From an uncultured bacterium (GTDB lineage: Bacteria; Patescibacteriota; Minisyncoccia; Moranbacterales; UBA2206): a stretch of 60,745 nucleotides of DNA. The notes below the pieces were generated by a model. It saw nothing but the letters and a program-made list of their open reading frames with translations, had not been told where the DNA came from and made no database searches. The DNA is taken from contig CAIZXS010000005.1 of NCBI GenBank assembly GCA_903937035.1, positions 1 through 60,745 on the forward strand, read 5' to 3'. A program made the translations under genes and the position numbers. Of this stretch, positions 39,486 to 49,142 are shown piece by piece. The first letter of the stretch is position 1, and every line of letters begins with the position of its first letter.

Positions 39486-39499
39486 ATTAAACTCTGCTA

Positions 39500-40675
39500 A
39501 TGAATAGCTATATAGAAAAAAGAAATAAATTACCAAAACTCTTAAGAGAATTCATACTATCCGATATTCCAAGATATGAAGTTGAAAGAGTTTGTTTCAT
39601 GTATGCCCTAAAAGAAGAAGAAATTCGTGCAATCGCTAGACCTATTGCTCTTATATTTATTGGTGAATTAAAATTAGTTGACTATCCAGCACTAATTTTC
39701 AAGGAGTTGAAGCAATCAGAACAAATAATTTATGGTATTTCGTTTGAGATAAACCAAAGAATTTTCGCTCGTTATCCAGATTTTTTCAAAGATTCACAAG
39801 ATCTACTAGAAGAATGGCTTAGAAAAAAAGCCAACCCACTCCTAAGCGAAGACGCTGCTTGGCAAAAAGTCCTAGAGCTAGAACCAGAAATCCAAGAAAG
39901 GAAACAGGAAAAAGAAGCAGAGAGAAAGGTAGAAATGAAAAAAATGGAAATATATAAAGCTCAATTGGAAAACCTGCCGATTGACACTGCCTTGGAAAAA
40001 TATCCCGAACTGGGAGAGCAACTGATCACATCCAATCATATCAAACTTAAAATGTTTCCTGAGCCAGTTAGGCCGTCAATCAAAAATTGGCTCTCTGATT
40101 ACACATTCACTATTGGACTCAGTAATCACGACCCGATTGTGCGCGGAAACTACTTGTTCAAAGGAGAAAATACACACACGCTTTCTATTCAAGACCGCGA
40201 AAAACTAACCACGATTATCGAATCTTTTGAAGAAAAATATCCACTCTCAATAAACACCAAAACTAAGCAAATAATATTTATCGCTCCCGAAAGAAAAGAA
40301 ACACCACAAATCCCAATAAGACCAGCCATTAACCAAAATATTGCTCGCAGAGATTTGGAGCCAACCGAAATCAGAAGGGGACAAGAAAGCTATCCGCAAA
40401 AAGAAATCTTGCCTCAGCCACAAAAAAGATTCCAATCAGACGAAGAAAGAATCAGTGCTTGGAGAAAGGATTTGCCCGAAAAAAGAGTGCAAACCGATGA
40501 AAGCCGGAATGAAAATATCAGATTTTCTTCCCCCCAAACACTCTCCACTGAAAAACCACCAGAAATTCCTCGCCCAGTCGCACCCAACTATCAAGCCCAA
40601 AAACCAGTTGCCAGAATTAATTATGCCACGCCAAGACCAATGCCAAGAAATGTGGTAAACTTAAGAGAAGAATAA
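39500..40675 (+). CDS. hypothetical protein (T4SS-like locus)
   Basis: 391-aa ORF in the operon, with a Pro-rich tail ending NVVNLRE. Confidence 0.7.
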   Translation: MNSYIEKRNKLPKLLREFILSDIPRYEVERVCFMYALKEEEIRAIARPIALIFIGELKLVDYPALIFKELKQSEQIIYGISFEINQRIFARYPDFFKDSQDLLEEWLRKKANPLLSEDAAWQKVLELEPEIQERKQEKEAERKVEMKKMEIYKAQLENLPIDTALEKYPELGEQLITSNHIKLKMFPEPVRPSIKNWLSDYTFTIGLSNHDPIVRGNYLFKGENTHTLSIQDREKLTTIIESFEEKYPLSINTKTKQIIFIAPERKETPQIPIRPAINQNIARRDLEPTEIRRGQESYPQKEILPQPQKRFQSDEERISAWRKDLPEKRVQTDESRNENIRFSSPQTLSTEKPPEIPRPVAPNYQAQKPVARINYATPRPMPRNVVNLREE

Positions 40676-40677
40676 AC

Positions 40678-40779
40678 TCATGCAGCATGCAGCATGAAAC
40701 ATGTAACAAAAAAACTAGCGAACATGCTATCTATTGTTGCCTGTTTCATGCCTCATGCTTCATGCTTCATGCTTCATGA
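40678..40779. repeat. inverted heptamer tandem arrays
   Basis: (CATGCAG/CATGAAA)n at 40678-40708 facing (GCTTCAT)n at 40735-40779. Confidence 0.65.
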
Positions 40780-41174
40780 TATTCAACGTCCCACAATTTA
40801 TTGATATTGAAGACAAGATTGTCGGTCCGCTCACAGCCAAGCAACTCGGCTGGGTTGCAGCCGGTGCGGTCCTTGCATTGCTTAGCTATGCAATGTTCGA
40901 CAAATCAACCTTCATCGTTTCCGCCCTTATTCTCGCAGTAGTTTTTGGAGCGCTTGCCTTTTATCGTCCCTACAACCAACCGCTCATTAAGTTCATCCTC
41001 TCCTCAATCGCATTCATCATCCGTCCAAAAATGTATATTTGGAGACGAACGCCAGAAAAGGTTCAAAGGGCCGTTGCTAAAAAAGAAGACAATACTCCAA
41101 TAATCACCAGGAAGAAGTTCGATTCCCAAAAAGTCTCTGACATTTCAGCTCTGCTTGACCACCAAGGCCGCTAG
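40776..41174 (+). CDS. PrgI-family (VirB3-like) protein
   Basis: FNVPQFIDIEDKIVGPLT.KQ and two TM helices. Start ATG 40776; the upstream in-frame stretch is the heptamer repeat. Confidence 0.85.
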   Translation: MIFNVPQFIDIEDKIVGPLTAKQLGWVAAGAVLALLSYAMFDKSTFIVSALILAVVFGALAFYRPYNQPLIKFILSSIAFIIRPKMYIWRRTPEKVQRAVAKKEDNTPIITRKKFDSQKVSDISALLDHQGR

Positions 41175-41195
41175 ACTACAAACCGCTGATTGCCC

Positions 41196-41395
41196 CGTGT
41201 TATTCCCGTACCCGTTTCACGAGTATAAGCTCCGACGAGAATCCAGGTGCCTCGGATTTAACATAAAAAGAAAACAAATTACTGCAATGGATGCAAACTG
41301 GATAGAAATAATAAAAAGTGAAAAAAATATAATTCGATTTTGTATAATTCATAGCCTTGTGGAGCCTGGATCACCGCCTTCGCGGGGATGACACG
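41196..41395. repeat. inverted pair of GTCAT.CCCGC..GCGG.ATCCAG-type palindromic repeats
   Basis: 41196-41247 CGTGTTATTCCCG[TACCCGTTTCACGAGTATAAGCTCCGA]CGAGAATCCAGG; 41365-41395 CCTGGATCACCGCCTTCGCGGGGATGACACG. Same family as the rsmA insert at 32586. Confidence 0.7.
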
Positions 41396-41404
41396 CGGAA
41401 ATTT

Positions 41405-42091
41405 ATGGAAAAACTTTATTCACAAAAACTCACAAAACAAGCTGCCACATCGCCGACGCAACAATACTTGGATGTAGCAGAGGTAAAAGAAGATGTTATT
41501 GTCCTCAAAAACGGCTCAATGCGTGTTGTACTTGCCGTTTCAGCCATCAATTTTGACCTCAAAGCCACAGACGAACAAGAAGCCATCATTAGTCAATATC
41601 AAAACTTTCTCAATTCAGTTGATTTTCCATTACAAATCCTAATCAGCTCACGAAAATTAAACATCGACACCTATATTGAGTTTCTAACAACCAAAGAAAA
41701 GCAACAAAAGACTGAATTGATGCGCTTGCAAATATCTGAATATAAAAATTTCATCACACAGCTAGTCTCTATGTCTGACATTATGGATAAAGCTTTTTAT
41801 CTAATTGTACCGTTTTCTCCGATTGAAAATGAGGAAAAAAGCTTTTTCAGTAATTTTTCCAATATGATTAACCCAAAAAGAGGTATTTTGGAAAAAAGAG
41901 AAACATTTGAGACCTACAAAAGTCAACTCTATCAAAGAGTCGACCATCTAACGGCCGGTCTTTCTGGTATTGGCGTCAAACTCGTCCCACTAAAAACCAA
42001 GGAACTCATCGAACTCCTGTTTAATTCCTATAACCCAACAGTATTTGATTCCAAGGGCTATATTGATACGGAAAAAATGGAACTCAAATAA
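41405..42091 (+). CDS. TraC/VirB4 N-terminal-like protein of the T4SS-like locus
   Basis: TQQYLDVAEVKEDV.VLKNG...INFDLK..EQEAII..YQNFLNS.DFP.QI; lies between prgI and virB4. Confidence 0.7.
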   Translation: MEKLYSQKLTKQAATSPTQQYLDVAEVKEDVIVLKNGSMRVVLAVSAINFDLKATDEQEAIISQYQNFLNSVDFPLQILISSRKLNIDTYIEFLTTKEKQQKTELMRLQISEYKNFITQLVSMSDIMDKAFYLIVPFSPIENEEKSFFSNFSNMINPKRGILEKRETFETYKSQLYQRVDHLTAGLSGIGVKLVPLKTKELIELLFNSYNPTVFDSKGYIDTEKMELK

Positions 42092-42199
42092 AAAATTTGA
42101 AATTATAAATTTGAAATTTAAAATCAATTTTAAATGCTCAAATTAAATAATTTTAGATTTAGTGATTTTGATTTTAATTCAAATTTCTAATTTAAGAAA

Positions 42200-44047
42200 A
42201 TGTTAAACCCATTCGCCAAAAAAGATACGAAAAACACAACTCAAACAAAAAAACCATCTCCACCACAAGATGAAGTTTTAGAGTCGGAAAAATACTACCA
42301 AGAGGGCCTCGCAAAGCTCAACGACATCATCGCTCCAGCCGCCATCCAGATTATGCCAAAATCAATCCGTATTGGAGAGACGATCGCTCAAACCATCTTT
42401 ATCATTGCCTATCCCCGCTACCTGCATAGCAATTGGTTTTCACCAATCATAAACATCGACATGCCGATTGACATCTCCATGTTTGTTCATCCGGTTGATA
42501 CTTATGATATCCTAAAAACCCTGAAAAAAAGCGCTACCCAGGTTGAATCACAAATTCAAATTGAGCAAAGCCAGGGAATCATCAGAGACCCTTCCTTGGA
42601 AACTGCTCAACAAGACATAGACGAGCTGCGAGATAAGTTGCAACAAGGAACTGAGAAATTTTTTCGCTTCTCCCTCTACATCACAGCTTACGGCGACAGT
42701 GAACAAGCCGTCACTAAAAGCATAAAAGCGATTGAGGCAATCCTTGAAGCGCAACTCGTCTACGTCAAACCTGCCGTATTCAAGTCCGAACAAGGATTCA
42801 ACTCATCACTACCGCTTGCCAATGATGAGTTAGATGTGGGCACCAACATGAACAGTTCGCCGCTTTCCACGACATTTCCCTTTGTCTCATCGACTCTTTC
42901 TTCTAACGCGGGAATTCTTTATGGCATCAATCGCCACAATAACAGCCTAATTATCTTCGACCGTTTTCAAATGGAAAACGCAAATATGGTCGTTTTTGCC
43001 AAATCCGGTGCCGGAAAAAGCTATACTGTTAAGCTTGAAGTTTTGCGCTCAATGATGATCGGAACAGATGTGATTATTATTGATCCGGAAAATGAATATC
43101 GCCATCTTTGCGATACTGTAGAAGGCACTTTCATCAAAATATCCCTCAATTCTCCAAATCATCTCAATCCATTTGATCTGCCAAAGGTCGGCGAAGATGA
43201 TGATCCGGAAGATATTTTGCGAAACAATATTGCTAATCTCCTGGGACTACTGCATATCATGCTTGGATCAATCACCCCAGAGGAAGACTCTGTCTTAGAT
43301 CGTGCTATTCACGAAACCTATAGCATTAGAGATATTACTGCCGAAGTGGATTTCAATACTCTAAGCAAGGACGCTTTCCCAACCATGTCAGACCTCTATC
43401 AAGTCTTGCGTAGTCTTGATGGCGGTGAGGTTCTCGCTATTCGTCTTGAAAAATATACAGAAGGCATTTTCGCTGGATTCCTCAATCATGCCACCAACAT
43501 TAGAGTAGACAATCAATTGGTCGTTTTCAATATCCGCGACATGGAAGAGGAACTCCGACCGGTTGCAATGTATATTGTTTTGCAATTTATCTGGAACGAA
43601 ATGCGCACCAATATGAAGAGGCGTTTGGTTTTGGTTGATGAAGCCTGGGTTATGATGAAATATGAAGACGCCGCTTCCTTTCTTTTTGGCCTAGCTAAGC
43701 GTTGCCGCAAATATTTCACCGGCCTCACAACAATCACGCAAGACGTTAATGACTTTCTTTCTTCTCGCTATGGAAAAGCAATTGTGACCAATTCCTCTTT
43801 GCAATTACTTCTCAAACAATCTCCCGCTGGAATTGATGTGATTTCCGACACTTTTTATCTCACAAATCAGGAAAAATTCTTACTCCTAGAAAGCAACGTC
43901 GGAGAAGGCATCTTCTTTGCCGGAACCAATCACGTTGCAATCAAAGTCATCGCCTCCTATTCAGAGGACCAGATTATCACAACAGACCCCTCACAACTCC
44001 TAGACATTGAAAGAGCCAAAAAAGAGCTCAGTGAAGAGGAAGACTAA
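42200..44047 (+). CDS. VirB4-like secretion ATPase
   Basis: GINRHN, Walker A AKSGAGKS, IDPENEY, LNPFD, Walker B VLVDEAW, RKY and ITQDV.D. Confidence 0.9.
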   Translation: MLNPFAKKDTKNTTQTKKPSPPQDEVLESEKYYQEGLAKLNDIIAPAAIQIMPKSIRIGETIAQTIFIIAYPRYLHSNWFSPIINIDMPIDISMFVHPVDTYDILKTLKKSATQVESQIQIEQSQGIIRDPSLETAQQDIDELRDKLQQGTEKFFRFSLYITAYGDSEQAVTKSIKAIEAILEAQLVYVKPAVFKSEQGFNSSLPLANDELDVGTNMNSSPLSTTFPFVSSTLSSNAGILYGINRHNNSLIIFDRFQMENANMVVFAKSGAGKSYTVKLEVLRSMMIGTDVIIIDPENEYRHLCDTVEGTFIKISLNSPNHLNPFDLPKVGEDDDPEDILRNNIANLLGLLHIMLGSITPEEDSVLDRAIHETYSIRDITAEVDFNTLSKDAFPTMSDLYQVLRSLDGGEVLAIRLEKYTEGIFAGFLNHATNIRVDNQLVVFNIRDMEEELRPVAMYIVLQFIWNEMRTNMKRRLVLVDEAWVMMKYEDAASFLFGLAKRCRKYFTGLTTITQDVNDFLSSRYGKAIVTNSSLQLLLKQSPAGIDVISDTFYLTNQEKFLLLESNVGEGIFFAGTNHVAIKVIASYSEDQIITTDPSQLLDIERAKKELSEEED

Positions 44048-44106
44048 AAAACTAAAAAGAACCAATCAATCACGAAATAGAACCGATAGCTTATTTAGCC
44101 ATAAAT

Positions 44107-44634
44107 ATGTCACAAGAAACCGAATATAAAAACAACCTAAACAGAGAAAGAAGTGGGCGAAATTCTGGCGCAATGAATCCGAAAAATTCACTCAATAAAA
44201 TCGCGAAAAACGTTGCCACCTCCATTTCAATTATTGGACTACTTGAAATTACGGATATATTTTTTCTCGTAGCTATAATGGCTGCCATGGCTAAGGATAT
44301 TCTTGACTGCCTTGTCATTCCCGCTTTTCCTGTCATAGGAACAGCGCTGACGCTTATGGCCTCATTCACTATCATGGCCGCAATGTTTATTTGTGGGGCC
44401 AGCTCAACTCATCGCTCCAAGATGGAGAATCTCGTGGGAAAGGCTGTTAAGAAATGGGGCGTGCTGGCAGCGGGAACTTGTTTTGAATTTTTCTTTGGAT
44501 TAAATTTCATCCCAACAGAAACAGTTACCGCCGTCATCATTTTTGTTTTCATTCTTCAGGAAAGGAAAGTGTCCAGAGAAGAACAAAAGAAGGAGGAAGA
44601 GGAAAATGCCCAAATGGCAGGCGCATATGCCTAA
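44107..44634 (+). CDS. membrane hypothetical protein
   Basis: Three to four hydrophobic segments; in the operon. Confidence 0.65.
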   Translation: MSQETEYKNNLNRERSGRNSGAMNPKNSLNKIAKNVATSISIIGLLEITDIFFLVAIMAAMAKDILDCLVIPAFPVIGTALTLMASFTIMAAMFICGASSTHRSKMENLVGKAVKKWGVLAAGTCFEFFFGLNFIPTETVTAVIIFVFILQERKVSREEQKKEEEENAQMAGAYA

Positions 44635-44646
44635 TAAAACCAAAAA

Positions 44647-45324
44647 ATGTACCACTACCACCAAAAAATACCAAAAACAAAGCAAGGTTTTTTTTCTATT
44701 AATCAAGAACTGCTGATTAGTTTTGCTGTGGCTATATTTTGTTTTTTTTCAAGCTCCTTTTTCCCCGCACAAAATACTGCCCAAATTATTACAAAAAACA
44801 TATTCTTTTTAGTTCTGATTCCGAGTCTCTACATCAAATTAATCCTAAACAAAAATCTCTCCGATTTTGGTTGGAATCTCAAAAATAACGCGCTATCGCT
44901 TCGCTGGAGTATTGGCGTCACTGTTTTTACGCTTTTGCTTTTTTATTTAATGCTCAATTTTACCCAATTTAAGTCCGACTACGTCCTAGAAAACTACCTA
45001 AAAAACAGCTTTTGGCTTTTTCTGGTTTATGAATTAATCATCATTAATTTTCGTATTTTTATTTTCAGCTATTTTTTTCAAGGCTTTCTTCTTTCAATTT
45101 TTCAAAAACAATTTGGACAACTAGCCATTGCTATCCAGGCAGGGCTATTTTTTGCACTCTTTTTCTTTACTAAAAATATCTCTTGGCAAACAGCACCCCT
45201 AATTCTCCTTTCAATTACAGGAGGATTTCTCGCCTATAAAACAAAATCATTTTTCTATTCGTATTTTATGAGTATTTTTGTTATAATAATCTTAGATGCG
45301 TATGTTATTTATTTATCCAAATGA
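44647..45324 (+). CDS. CPBP/Abi-like membrane protein, catalytic motifs degenerate
   Basis: LSDFGW, SYFFQGFL (at the EExxFRG position) and GFLAYKTKS. The expected EE and His residues are absent. Confidence 0.55.
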   Translation: MYHYHQKIPKTKQGFFSINQELLISFAVAIFCFFSSSFFPAQNTAQIITKNIFFLVLIPSLYIKLILNKNLSDFGWNLKNNALSLRWSIGVTVFTLLLFYLMLNFTQFKSDYVLENYLKNSFWLFLVYELIIINFRIFIFSYFFQGFLLSIFQKQFGQLAIAIQAGLFFALFFFTKNISWQTAPLILLSITGGFLAYKTKSFFYSYFMSIFVIIILDAYVIYLSK

Positions 45325-48188
45325 AAATTAAAGTGAGAAAACTACTATTCACAGTTTTTGCCATAATTAATATCTTTTCCTTCGCTATATCCCCAGTACT
45401 GGCAGGATTTGATATTGTTAGTATTGCCAATCCAGTTCAGATGATGGACGATGTATTTGAAGATCTCGGTGTTGATAAGAGTGAACTGCAAAATACCATC
45501 AAAACCGTCAACGTATCTAGGCGAAAAAAGAACCCACCACAAGTTTCTTTAACTTTCGACCCAGCTAATCCTGTGCCGGGAGAAAAGGTTGCCGTTACCG
45601 CTATGCCGACTTATTTCATTAATACCACAGAAGATCTTTATTTCACCTGGTACATTAGAAGCAAGCGCTGTGATAGCCCCACAGCAGCTGACAAGGCCAT
45701 GTGCGACCTCAATAATGATGGCAGTGTCAATATTAAGGATTATAAAATCAAAGCTACTCGCATTTTGGTTAATAATGATTATCTCTGGGACCAAACCCCC
45801 TCTCCATACTCTAGCCATAGCGATAACGACGGATATTCCTCCGCTCATGGCGGTGATGACCAAAGAGGAAAAGAAAATCCCCATTGCTATATTCATGATG
45901 TTAATTCTGGCGATGAGTTTGAGCTCGGAGGTTGTGATGACACAAAAGATGGGCACCTGTTTCCTCAAACAAATAATGGAGACACAACGGGAGATGGGAC
46001 TTTTGGTGCAAGTGAAGAAGAGTTTTGGCATACCAATCCTAATAATAACGATACTGCCGGGACAGGAAACACCGATGAAGCCAATGTTGCTGGGCTAGGA
46101 GAGAATATATTTACCTTTACCTATACCGAAGGTGACATGGTTGGCGTTGCTGTCGAAGGATCATCTGTAGAGCCAACGCAATATCAAGACGCCTCATATA
46201 AAACGATGTGGGCCTTTAGCAAGAATAAATGCGAAATCGATCCCGACAAAGGCAGCACCGGTGGCTATCCGAAAACCACGACAACCGGTCCAACGACGTA
46301 CACAAACACAAAAGCAGATCATTCCACCACGCCAGGCGTTCCTCCTGTTCCCTACGCAGCAACTGACTACACCACAACCGTAACCATTACAGTTGTCGAA
46401 GATATTGTCCCAGGAACGCAAGTTAATGATAATGCTGACATTAGGACAAAAACGACAACACTAACTACAGTTACTTACGTCGGAACAGATCCAGATCTTC
46501 TCCTAACTAACCCTGTGCTTAACGAAACCACTCTATCTTCCACTTGCCCATCGAGCCTTGCTGAGTCAGGCGGAAGTCTCGATGGCTATGTATGCGTCGG
46601 GTCAGACGCAATCAGTGATCCAAACAATCCAATCAACATGACCGAGATGACCGTTCAAGACTTGAACGACTGTCTTATCTCTAATCTCGTCGCACCATCA
46701 GAAGGTGGAGGCGCAACTGAAAAGCTCGATCTTTCACTGAAATACACGCCAGAAAATCCCATTAACGATCCTAGTACTAATAAAAATGGTGACGAACTGT
46801 CTTTCACCGCCTCAGCCGCTAACGCAACAAACATCTCCTATCTAAATTACACATGGGAAGTCTTCGCAAGTAACGAACCAAATCCAGACAGCTGGGGAGC
46901 AGCCCTTACAAAAACCGACCTAGATGGCGCCACGCAAACATCAGGACTTGGGATAGATACGCTCAAATTTAATCTGAACTTTACCAGTCCTAAAAAATAT
47001 TTAAAAGTAATGGTAACAGCAAAAGACACTGTAACAGGAGGAGAAAGAGAGGGACACGCTAACGTCGTTGTTCCAATTTTTTCTTCGGATGAAAGAATTA
47101 AGGTCTACACAGCTGGCGCATATTTTAAATCAACTGACCTATCATCACCTCCCTACATCAAACTTGCAGATGAAATATCCAGCACACCAATTCAGGAAAG
47201 ATGTCTCTTTGAAGACCCCGCTGATCCAACCATTAAAACACCCCAATCAACTTGCGAAGTAGCCAAAGATGAGCTAATCGCGCTTGAAATTGATAATGCA
47301 GACGACTTCAAAGATATCCTTTGGACGATCGACGGAAAAACCCAAATATGCCCACCGGACCCAACTGATTCAACAATCAATAAGTTTGATGGGTGTGTTG
47401 ATTCAACCACGGGAATGGCAACTTCACGGACGTATTTTCCAATCTTAAAAGAACCCGGAAGCCAATACAACGTCACACTATCAGCGTTAAATAAAACAAC
47501 GGGTGAAAAGCTAGACCTCGCCAGAGTGTTTAAGGTCTATGTGCCTGAAGTGCAAATCATTCCCGTGGCACAAGTTGGCGGCACAACCGACACTTGCCTT
47601 GGACTATTCTTGGGAAACTACCAAGACATTAAAGGCACCCTATATAAAGATCGTAGCGACACAAAATTTCAAGCACTAACAGGAAGCAATATTGAAATTG
47701 CCCCCAAATTTTATGGGACAACTACTCCAAAAGTAATAGTTGCTGATGACTATAGCTACCAATGGAACGTTGATGGAAAAGTAATTACAATTGATAATTT
47801 CAGAGAATATGGTTATAGTATTGATCTTAATAATTACGGAAAAATAATCCTTCCCCCAAAAGATAATGGTGAAGTTTATCTCATTTCATTTTCCACAACA
47901 TTCGCCACAACCACCGCAAACAAACAAGTGCTTAACAAATATTGGAATACGACCTATAATGAATTCTATGAAAAGAAACTAGCTGATAATATTGAAATTG
48001 AGATGGTCAGCACGGGACCACTTGTTCTGAAAGACAGCCCAACAAGAAAAATATTTGCCACAGTTTCTTCTGGAATCCCCAGCTACATCGCCTTTCTTTT
48101 CCGCATTGCACTTTCAGGATCGGCAATCATTCTTGCGTTAAAAATTATTTTTCATATCTTACCTAAAACAAAAACTGATGAATTTTAA
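45321..48188 (+). CDS. large Cys/Thr-rich surface protein with Ig/PKD-like segments and a C-terminal TM anchor
   Basis: Signal peptide, DLNNDGSVNIKD EF-hand/dockerin-like motif, TNPNNNDT motif, Y.W motifs and a C-terminal hydrophobic helix. Confidence 0.75.
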   Translation: MKIKVRKLLFTVFAIINIFSFAISPVLAGFDIVSIANPVQMMDDVFEDLGVDKSELQNTIKTVNVSRRKKNPPQVSLTFDPANPVPGEKVAVTAMPTYFINTTEDLYFTWYIRSKRCDSPTAADKAMCDLNNDGSVNIKDYKIKATRILVNNDYLWDQTPSPYSSHSDNDGYSSAHGGDDQRGKENPHCYIHDVNSGDEFELGGCDDTKDGHLFPQTNNGDTTGDGTFGASEEEFWHTNPNNNDTAGTGNTDEANVAGLGENIFTFTYTEGDMVGVAVEGSSVEPTQYQDASYKTMWAFSKNKCEIDPDKGSTGGYPKTTTTGPTTYTNTKADHSTTPGVPPVPYAATDYTTTVTITVVEDIVPGTQVNDNADIRTKTTTLTTVTYVGTDPDLLLTNPVLNETTLSSTCPSSLAESGGSLDGYVCVGSDAISDPNNPINMTEMTVQDLNDCLISNLVAPSEGGGATEKLDLSLKYTPENPINDPSTNKNGDELSFTASAANATNISYLNYTWEVFASNEPNPDSWGAALTKTDLDGATQTSGLGIDTLKFNLNFTSPKKYLKVMVTAKDTVTGGEREGHANVVVPIFSSDERIKVYTAGAYFKSTDLSSPPYIKLADEISSTPIQERCLFEDPADPTIKTPQSTCEVAKDELIALEIDNADDFKDILWTIDGKTQICPPDPTDSTINKFDGCVDSTTGMATSRTYFPILKEPGSQYNVTLSALNKTTGEKLDLARVFKVYVPEVQIIPVAQVGGTTDTCLGLFLGNYQDIKGTLYKDRSDTKFQALTGSNIEIAPKFYGTTTPKVIVADDYSYQWNVDGKVITIDNFREYGYSIDLNNYGKIILPPKDNGEVYLISFSTTFATTTANKQVLNKYWNTTYNEFYEKKLADNIEIEMVSTGPLVLKDSPTRKIFATVSSGIPSYIAFLFRIALSGSAIILALKIIFHILPKTKTDEF

Positions 48189-49125
48189 ATTAAAACAAAA
48201 ACTCTGTCTTTTATTTCTGCTTTTATTCTTACTAATTTGCTTGCCCAAATTTTCCTACGCCGTTACTGATACCAAGAACTTCAACTACACCCCAATGGAA
48301 GAAATTCCCGGCTTTAGCAGACCAGCTTCATATGAGGCCTATATCTTAGCGGTTTACAAATTTGGCCTCTGGACCGTTGGCATATCGGCTATGCTCATGA
48401 TTTCTATCGGCGCCTTCATGTACATAACAAGCGCTGGGAACACTAGCACGACAGGAAAAGCCAAAGAAATCATCTTTGATGCTATTGCTGGTGTGATTCT
48501 CGCGCTAACTTCCTATGTCCTTCTTTACACAATCAATCCTAATCTGCTCGATATCAAAGGCGTCAATCAAATGATCGATGATGCGGCCAGGAGCTACGAC
48601 GGCACATATCCAACTATTGATTCGCCATTGCCAACAACCTGCACTGACTCGAAATGGAAGGATATTTTTTCTTCAGTAGCAAGCTCGAGCGGTCTTGACG
48701 CATGTCTCCTGGAAGCTGTCACAGCCAAAGAATCAAGTTGCAACCAACAACCATCTAGAACTAATGGTGGCCAGGATTGCGGCGCCATGCAAACCAGAGC
48801 CAGTGGATGCCCGGGCGCACCAAGTTGCAGTGATCTCGAAACAGACCCCAAAAAAGCTGTCGAATGTGGAGCGTACTACCTAAAACACAATTATGTGCCC
48901 AATAGACCAAGTCCACCAGAACAAGTCATTCACGATATGTATGCTGGATATAATGGCGGTCCAGGCGCCTTGGCCTGGAGCGGAAGTTGTGGCGACGAGA
49001 TGAAAAATAGCTACGGCAATAAATATGAGAAATGGGACTGCCCCAAAGACTGTGGTGGATATTGCGTAGTGCCAGCGAGAACAGCTACCGTACTCAATTA
49101 TTACAATAAGTGCAAGAATCCCTAA
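48178..49125 (+). CDS. VirB2/TrbC-like pilin fused to a lytic transglycosylase (SLT) domain
   Basis: Pilin pattern I..G.F.YITSAGN.....KAK..I..AI.G; SLT motifs KESS, GAMQ, GAYYL and AGYNGG. Confidence 0.8.
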   Translation: MNFKLKQKLCLLFLLLFLLICLPKFSYAVTDTKNFNYTPMEEIPGFSRPASYEAYILAVYKFGLWTVGISAMLMISIGAFMYITSAGNTSTTGKAKEIIFDAIAGVILALTSYVLLYTINPNLLDIKGVNQMIDDAARSYDGTYPTIDSPLPTTCTDSKWKDIFSSVASSSGLDACLLEAVTAKESSCNQQPSRTNGGQDCGAMQTRASGCPGAPSCSDLETDPKKAVECGAYYLKHNYVPNRPSPPEQVIHDMYAGYNGGPGALAWSGSCGDEMKNSYGNKYEKWDCPKDCGGYCVVPARTATVLNYYNKCKNP

Positions 49126-49142
49126 TTTATTTACACAATACA

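Noticed and set aside
40734-41404. Upstream in-frame starts of prgI (40734) and the TraC-like gene (41357)
   Set aside because: The extensions are translated heptamer repeat (MLPVSCLMLHASCF) and palindromic repeat (LDHRLRGDD).
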